DNA of 64,000 bases, taken from assembly GCF_009914755.1 (NCBI RefSeq), contig NC_060948.1; one strand, written 5' to 3'. Source of the DNA: the human T2T-CHM13v2.0 reference genome, Homo sapiens. The translations under genes were made by a program, and so were the position numbers. The notes below the pieces were generated by a model, which saw nothing but the letters and a program-made list of their open reading frames with translations, did no database searches and was not told the DNA's origin. Positions 56,952 to 64,000 of the stretch are shown here, piece by piece; the first letter of the stretch is position 1, and each line of letters starts with the position of its first letter.

Positions 56952-59900
56952 ATGGAATCGAATGGAAAGGACTCGAATGGAAATCACTCGAATAGAATGC
57001 AATTTAATAAAATAGGATCAAATGTAATGGAATGGAATGGAAGGGAATCGAAACGAAAGGAATGGAGACAGATGGAATGGAATGGAAGAGAGAGCAATGG
57101 TATAGAATGGAATGGAATCATCTGGAATGGAATTGAATGGAATGGAATAATATGAAATGGAATGGAATGGAATGGAATGGAATGCCCTTGAATTAAATGG
57201 ACTGGACTCGAACAGAGTGGAATGGAAAGTGTTGAGATAGAATGGAATGGACTCCTTTGGAATGGTGTAGTATGCAATGCAATCGACTGGCATGGAATCA
57301 AAAGGAATGTAATGGAATGGATTGGACTGGAATGCAATGGACTCGAATAGATTGGAAACGGAATGCAAAGGAATGGAATGGAATAGTATGGAATTTAATG
57401 GAAAGGAATGGAGTGGAATAGACTAGAGTGGAATGGAATGGACTGGAAAGCAATGGACTGGAATGGAACATTCTTGAATGGACTGGAATCAAACGGAATG
57501 GAATGCAATGCAATCAAATGGCATGGAATAAAATAGAATGAAAGAGAATCAAATGGAATTGAATCGAATGGAATCGAATGGATTGGAAAGGAATAGAATG
57601 GAATGGAATGGAATTGACTCAAATGGAATGGACTAGAATGGAATGGATTCGAATGGAAGGCAAAGGAATGGAATCTACTGGAATGGACTGTAATGGAATG
57701 GAATGGAAGGGATTGGAATGGACTCGAATGGAATGGACTGCAATAGAAAGGATTCGAATGGAATGAAAAAGAATTGAATGGAATAGAACAGAATGGAATC
57801 AAATCGAATGAAATGGAATGGAATAGAAAGGAATGGAATGAAATGGAATGGAAAGGATTCGAATGGAATGCAATCGAATGGAATGGAATCGACCGGAATG
57901 GAATAAAATGGAAGAAAACTGGCAAGAAATGGAATCGAAATGAATGGAGTGTTATGGAACGGACTCAAAAGGAATTGAATGTAATAGAATGGAGTGGAGT
58001 GGACTCGAATATAATGGACCGGAATGGAATGAAATCACATGGAATGGGAACGAATGGAATGGAATGGAAAGGAATGGAATCGAATGGAAAGGAATCGAAT
58101 GGAAGGGAATGAAATTGAATCAACAGGAATGGAAGGGAATAGAATAGACGGTAATGGAATGGACTCGAATAGAATGGACACGAATGCTCAAATTGAATGG
58201 ACTCGAATGGAATGGAAACGAAAGGAATGTCATCGAATGGAATTGAATCGATTGGAATGAAATCGCATAGAATGGAGTGGAATCAAATGGAATTGAATCG
58301 AAAGGAAAGGAAGCGAATGGACTGAAATGAAATGGAATTGAATTGAATGGAAAGTAATGCAATGGAATAGAATGGAACGAAATTTCACGGAATGGAATCA
58401 AACTGAATGGAATCAAATCAATGGAATCAAATCAAATGGAATGGAAAGGAATTGAATGGAGTAGATTGGATTGGATGGGATTGGAATGAAATGTACTGGA
58501 AAGGACTCGAATTTCATGAAACGGAATGGAATGAATTGGAACGGAATGGACTCGAATGGAATGGAATGTCATGGAATGGCATCAAATGGAATGGCATCAA
58601 ATGGAATGGAATCGAATGCAATGGAATGCTATGGAATGGAATGGAATGCATTGGAATGGAATGTCCTCTAATGGAATGGATTCGAGTGGAATGGAATCGA
58701 ATATAATGGAGTCGAATGAAATGGAATTGAAAGGAATGGGATCGAATACAATGGAATATACTGGAATGTAATGTAATGAACTCGAATGTAATTGACTGGA
58801 ATGGAATGTACATGAATGGAATGTAATCGAATGGAAAGTAATCCAATGGAATAGAATCTAATGCAATAAAATCGACTCAGATAGAGTAGAATGTAATGGA
58901 ATGGAGTGCAGTGCAATGGAATGGAAAGGAATGGAATGCAATGGAATGGAATGGAATGGAATGGAATGGAATGGAATGGAATGGAATGGTGTGGAATGGA
59001 TAGTAATGGACTGGAGTGAAATGGACTGGAAAGGAATGGACTCAAATTGAAAGGGCTCGAAAGGAATGGAGTCAAATGGAATGGTCTGGAATGGAATGAA
59101 CACGAATGTAATGCAATCCAATAGAATGGAATCGAATGGCATGGAATATAAAGAAATGGAATCGAAGAGAATGGAAACAAATGGAATGGAATTGAGTGGA
59201 ACGGAATTGAATGGAATGGGAACGAATGGAGTGAAATTGTATGCAGTAGAAGAGAATAGAATGGAATGCAAGCGAAAGGAAAGGAATGGATTGGAATGGA
59301 ATGGAATTCATTGGAATGGAAGGGAATGTAGTGTAATGGACAGGCCTGGAATAAAGTGGAATGCTACGGTCTCGAATGGAATAAAAATGTATGGAATGGA
59401 ATGCAATGAAACGGAATCGAATGTCATAGAATGTAATGGAATGCAAAAAAATGGAATCCAAAATCATTGACTGGAAAGGCTGGGTGTCGAAAGGAATTGA
59501 CTCCAATGGAATGGAATCGAATGGAATGGAAGTGAATAGAATCGAACTAAATCGAATGGAATGGAATTGATAGGAACGGAATGGAAAGGAATGCAATGAT
59601 TTGGCATGGAATGGAATCGAATGGCATCGAATGGAATGGAATGGAATGCAATGGAATGGAATGTATTAGAATGTAATGAACTTTAATGGAATGTACTCGA
59701 ATGGATTCGACTGGAATGGAATGTTCTGGAAGTGAATGGACTCCAATGGAATGGATTCAAAAGGAATGGAATCGTACGGAATGGAATCTAATGGAATGGA
59801 ATTAAATGGAAATGAATCAAATTGAATAGCACGGAATTGAATTGAATGAAATGGAATGCAATGGAATCTAATGAAACGGAAAGGAAAGGAATGGAATGGA

Positions 59901-60500
59901 ATGGAATGGGCTGGAATGGAAAGGAATCGAAACGAATGGAATGGAATCGAACTGAAGAGACTGGAATGGAATGCACTGGAATGGAAGGGAGTGTAATGGA
60001 AGGTTCTCGAAAAAAATGCAATCGAATGGAATGGAATTGAATGGAACGGAATAGAGTCGAATGGAATTGAATGGAATGGAATGGACTAGAGTGAAATGGA
60101 ATCGAACCACAAGGAATGGACAGGAATAGAATGGTCTCGAATTGAATGGAATCGTATGGAATGGCATCAAACGGAATGGAATGGACAGCCACGGAATGGA
60201 ATGCACTCGAATGCAATGGAGTCGAAACTAATGGACTGGAATAGAATGGACTCGACTGGTACGGACTCCAATGGAATGGAATCGAATGGAAGGGAATCGA
60301 ACGGAATGGACTCGAAGGGAAAAGACTGCAATGGAAAGGTCTCGAATGGAATGGAAATTAATGGAATGGAATGGAATCGAATGAAATGGAGTCAAAAGGA
60401 ATGGAATCGAATGGCAAGAAATCGAATGTAATGGAATCGCAAGGAATTGATGTGAACGGAACGGAATGGAATGGAATCCAAAGGAATGGAATAGAATGGA
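56952..60500. repeat. DYZ1 unit U17 (3549 bp)
   Basis: Landmark spacing; U7-like proximal markers plus many private substitutions. Confidence 0.9.
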
Positions 60501-63500
60501 ATGGAATCGAATGGAAAGGACTCGAATGGAAATCACTCGAATAGAATGCAATTTAATAAAATAGGATCAAATGTAATGGAATGGAATGGAAAGGAATCGA
60601 AACGAAAGGAATGGAGACAGATGGAATGGAATGGAACAGAGAGCAATGGTATAGAATGGAATGGAATCATCTGGAATGGAATTGAATGGAATGGAATAAT
60701 ATGAAATGGAATGGAATGGAATGGAATGGAATGCCCTTGAATTAAATGGACTGGAATGGAATGGACTCGAACAGAGTGGAATGGAAAGTGTTGAGATAGA
60801 ATGGAATGGACTCCTTTGGAATGGTCTAGTATGCAATGCAATCGACTGGCAGGGAATCAAAAGGAATGTAATGGAATGGATTGGACTGGAATGCAATGGA
60901 CTCGAATAGATTGGAAACGGAATGCAAAGGAATGGAATGGAATAGTATGGAATGGAATGGAAAGGAATGGAGTGGAATAGACTAGAGTGGAATGGAATGG
61001 ACTGGAAAGCAATGGACTGGAATGGAACTTTCTTGAATGGACTGGAATCAAACGGAATGGAATGCAATGCAATCAAATGGCATGGAATAAAATAGAATGA
61101 AAGAGAATCAAATGGAATTGAATCGAATGGAATCGAATGGATTGGAAAGGAATAGAATGGAATGGAATGGAATTGACTCAAATGGAATGGACTAGAATGG
61201 AATGGATTCGAATGGAAGGCAAAGGAATGGAATCTATTGGAATGGACTGTAATGGAATGGAATGGAAGGGATTGGAATGGACTCGAATGGAATGGACTGC
61301 AATAGAAAGGATTCGAATGGAATGAAAAAGAATTGAATGGAATAGAACAGAATGGAATCAAATCGAATGAAATGGAATGGAATAGAAAGGAATGGAATGA
61401 AATGGAATGGAAAGGATTCGAATGGAATGCAATCGAATGGAATGGAATCGAACGGAATGGAATAAAATGGAAGAAAACTGGCAAGAAATGGAATCGAAAT
61501 GAATGGAGTGTTATGGAACGGACTCAAAAGGAATTGAATGTAATAGAATGGAGTGGAGTGGACTCGAATATAATGGACTGGAATGGAATGAAATCACATG
61601 GAATGGGAACGAATGGAATGGAATGGAAAGGAATGGAATCGAATGGAAAGGAATCGAATGGAAGGGAATGAAATTGAATCAACAGGAATGGAAGGGAATA
61701 GAATAGACGGTAATGGAATGGACTCGAATAGAATGGACACGAATGCTCAATTTGAATGGACTCGAATGGAATGGAAACGAAAGGAATGTCATCGAATGGA
61801 ATTGAATCGATTGGAAAGAAATCGCATAGAATGGAGTGGAATCAAATGGAATTGAATCGAAAGGAAAGGAAGCGAATGGACTGAAATGAAATGGAATGGA
61901 ATTGAATGGAAAGTAATGCAATGGAATAGAATGGAACGAAATTTCACGGAATGGAATCAAACTGAATGGAATCAAATCAATGGAATCTAATCAAATGGAA
62001 TGGAAAGGAATTGAATGGAGTAGATTGGATTGGATGGGATTGGAATGAAATGTACTGGAAAGGACTCGAATTTCATGAAACGGAATGGAATGAATTGGAA
62101 CGGAATGGACTCGAATGGAATGGAATGTCATGGAATGGCATCAAATGGAATGGCATCAAATGGAATGGAATCGAATGCAATGGAATGTTATGGAATGGAA
62201 TGGAATGCATTGGAATGGAATGTCCTCTAATGGAATGGATTCGAGTGGAATGGAATCGAATATAATGGAGTCGAATGAAATGGAATTGAAAGGAATGGGA
62301 TCGAATAGAATGGAATATACTGGAATGTAATGTAATGAACTCGAATGTAATTGACTGGAATGGAATGTACATGAATGGAAGGTAATCGAATGGAAAGTAA
62401 TCCAATGGAATAGAATCTAATGCAATAAAACCGACTCAGATAGAGTAGAATGTAATGGAATGGAGTGCAGTGCAATGGAATGGAATGGAATTGAATGCAA
62501 TGGAATGGAATGGAATGGAATGGAATGGAATGGAATGGGATGGAATGGTATGGAATGGATAGTAATGGACTGGAGTGAAATGGACTGGAAAGGAATGGAC
62601 TCAAATTGAAAGGGCTCGAAAGGAATGGAGTCAAATGGAATGGTCTGGAATGGAATGAACACGAATGTAATGCAATCCAATAGAATGGAATCGAATGGCA
62701 TGGAATATAAAGAAATGGATTCGAAGAGAATGGAAACAAATGGAATGGAATTGAATGGAATGGAATTGAATGGAATGGGAACGAATGGAGTGAAATTGTA
62801 TGCAGTAGAAGGGAATAGAATGGAATGCAAGCGAAAGGAAAGGAATGGATTGGAATGGAATGGAATTCATTGGAATGGAAGGGAATGTAGTGTAATGGAC
62901 AGGCCTGGAATAAAGTGGAATGCTACAGTCTCGAATGGAATAAAAATGTATGGAATGGAATGCAATGAAACGGAATCGAATGTCATAGAATGTAATGGAA
63001 TGCAACAAAATGGAATCCAAAATCATTGACTGGAAAGGCTGGGTGTCGAAAGGAATTGACTCCAATGGAATGGAATCGAATGGAATGGAAGTGAATAGAA
63101 TCGAACTAAATCGAATGGAATGGAATTGATAGGAACGGAATGGAAAGGAATGCAATGATTTGGCATGGAATGGAATCGAATGGCATCGAATGGAATGGAA
63201 TGGAATGCAATGGAATGGAATGTATTAGAATGTAATGAACTTTAATGGAATGTACTCGAATGGATTCGACTGGAATGGAATGTTCTGGAAGTGAATGGAC
63301 TCCAACGGAATGGATTCCAAAGGAATGGAATCGTACGGAATGGAATCTAATGGAATGGAATTAAATGGAAATGAATCAAATTGAATAGCACGGAATTGAA
63401 TTGAATGGAATGGAATGCAATGGAATCTAATGAAACGGAAAGGAAAGGAATGGAATGGAATGGAATGGGCTGGAATGGAAAGGAATCGAAACGAATGGAA

Positions 63501-64000
63501 TGGAATCGAACTGAAGAGACTGGAATGGAATGCACTGGAATGGAAGGGAGTGTAATGGAAGGTTCTCGAAAAAAATGGAATCGAATGGAATGGAATTGAA
63601 TGGAACGGAATAGAGTCGAATGGAATTGAATGGAATGGAATGGACTAGAGTGAAATGGAATCGAACCACAAGGAATGGACAGGAATAGAATGGTCTCGAA
63701 TTGAATGGAATCGTATGGAATGGCATCAAACGGAATGGAATGGACAGCCACGGAATGGAATGCACTCGAATGCAATGGAGTCGAAACTAATGGACTGGAA
63801 TAGAATGGACTCGACTGGTACGGACTCCAATGGAATGGAATCGAATGGAAGGGAATCGAACGGAATGGACTCGAAGGGAAAAGACTGCAATGGAAAGGTC
63901 TCGAATGGAATGGAAATTAATGGAATGGAATGGAATCGAATGAAATGGAGTCAAAAGGAATGGAATCGAATGGCAAGAAATCGAATGTAATGGAATCGCA
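60501..64000. repeat. DYZ1 unit U18 (truncated by the window edge; projected 3559 bp)
   Basis: Landmark spacing; mixes U8-, U9- and U11-like alleles. Confidence 0.9.

Larger units (their letters stand above)
1..64000. repeat. DYZ1: Human satellite III (HSat3) array, DYZ1 family (Yq12 heterochromatin); ~18 tandem 3.56-kb units built from degenerate GGAAT pentamers
   Basis: Seen: GGAAT and variants (CGAAT, GGACT, GCAAT, TGAAT, GGAAA) throughout; unique landmarks recur every 3534-3584 bp; one GGCC and one GAATTC per unit. Recalled knowledge: the DYZ1 HaeIII unit is 3564 bp and begins CCTGTCCATTACACTACATTCCCTTCCATTCCAATGAATTCC, which is the reverse complement of the sequence ending at 2400. Confidence 0.96.

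Noticed and set aside
1-64000. CRISPR-like or repeat-spacer organisation, or a prokaryotic accessory system
   Set aside because: There are no unique spacers and no genes; the entire sequence is eukaryotic satellite in pentamer register.
1-64000. Embedded Alu/L1, DYZ2 (HSat1B) block or inversion junction
   Set aside because: Every line reads as GGAAT-strand satellite, and unit spacing never departs by more than 50 bp, leaving no room for an insertion or strand switch.
1-64000. Assignment to HSat2 or autosomal HSat3 (for example chr9)
   Set aside because: It lacks the HSat2 CATTCGATTC/GATGAT-type consensus, and the 3.56-kb period with DYZ1 landmark sequences points to Yq12.

Overview
The whole 64-kb window is one uninterrupted, single-orientation array of human satellite III: degenerate (GGAAT)n on the + strand, (ATTCC)n on the - strand. 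It is organised as 18 tandem ~3.56-kb units (3534-3584 bp), which I identify as DYZ1, the Yq12 heterochromatin repeat. The identification rests on unit length, one HaeIII/StuI and one EcoRI site per unit, and matches to the classical DYZ1 start sequence and sexing-PCR primer sites as I recall them. I see no genes, RNA genes, transposons, DYZ2/Alu blocks, inversions or CRISPR arrays. All listed ORFs are by-products of the pentamer repeat. I cannot support a new coding system here. The interesting signal is non-coding. (1) Each unit carries three perfect heat-shock elements (nGAAnnTTCnnGAAn), intact in all 54 copies. (2) Each unit has four fixed breaks in pentamer register, and all unit lengths are 4 mod 5. 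(3) One hypervariable (GGAAT)n tract per unit accounts for most length variation. (4) Shared variants reveal nested multi-unit duplications at 1-, 2-, 3-, 4-, 5- and 10-unit spacing, plus chimeric units. Units U1-U18 use an arbitrary origin (the ATG of the recurring 'MESNGKDS' ORF): 8, 3557, 7096, 10670, 14229, 17783, 21332, 24886, 28460, 32034, 35618, 39187, 42746, 46305, 49869, 53418, 56952, 60501. Variant calls were made by eye and need confirming by alignment.
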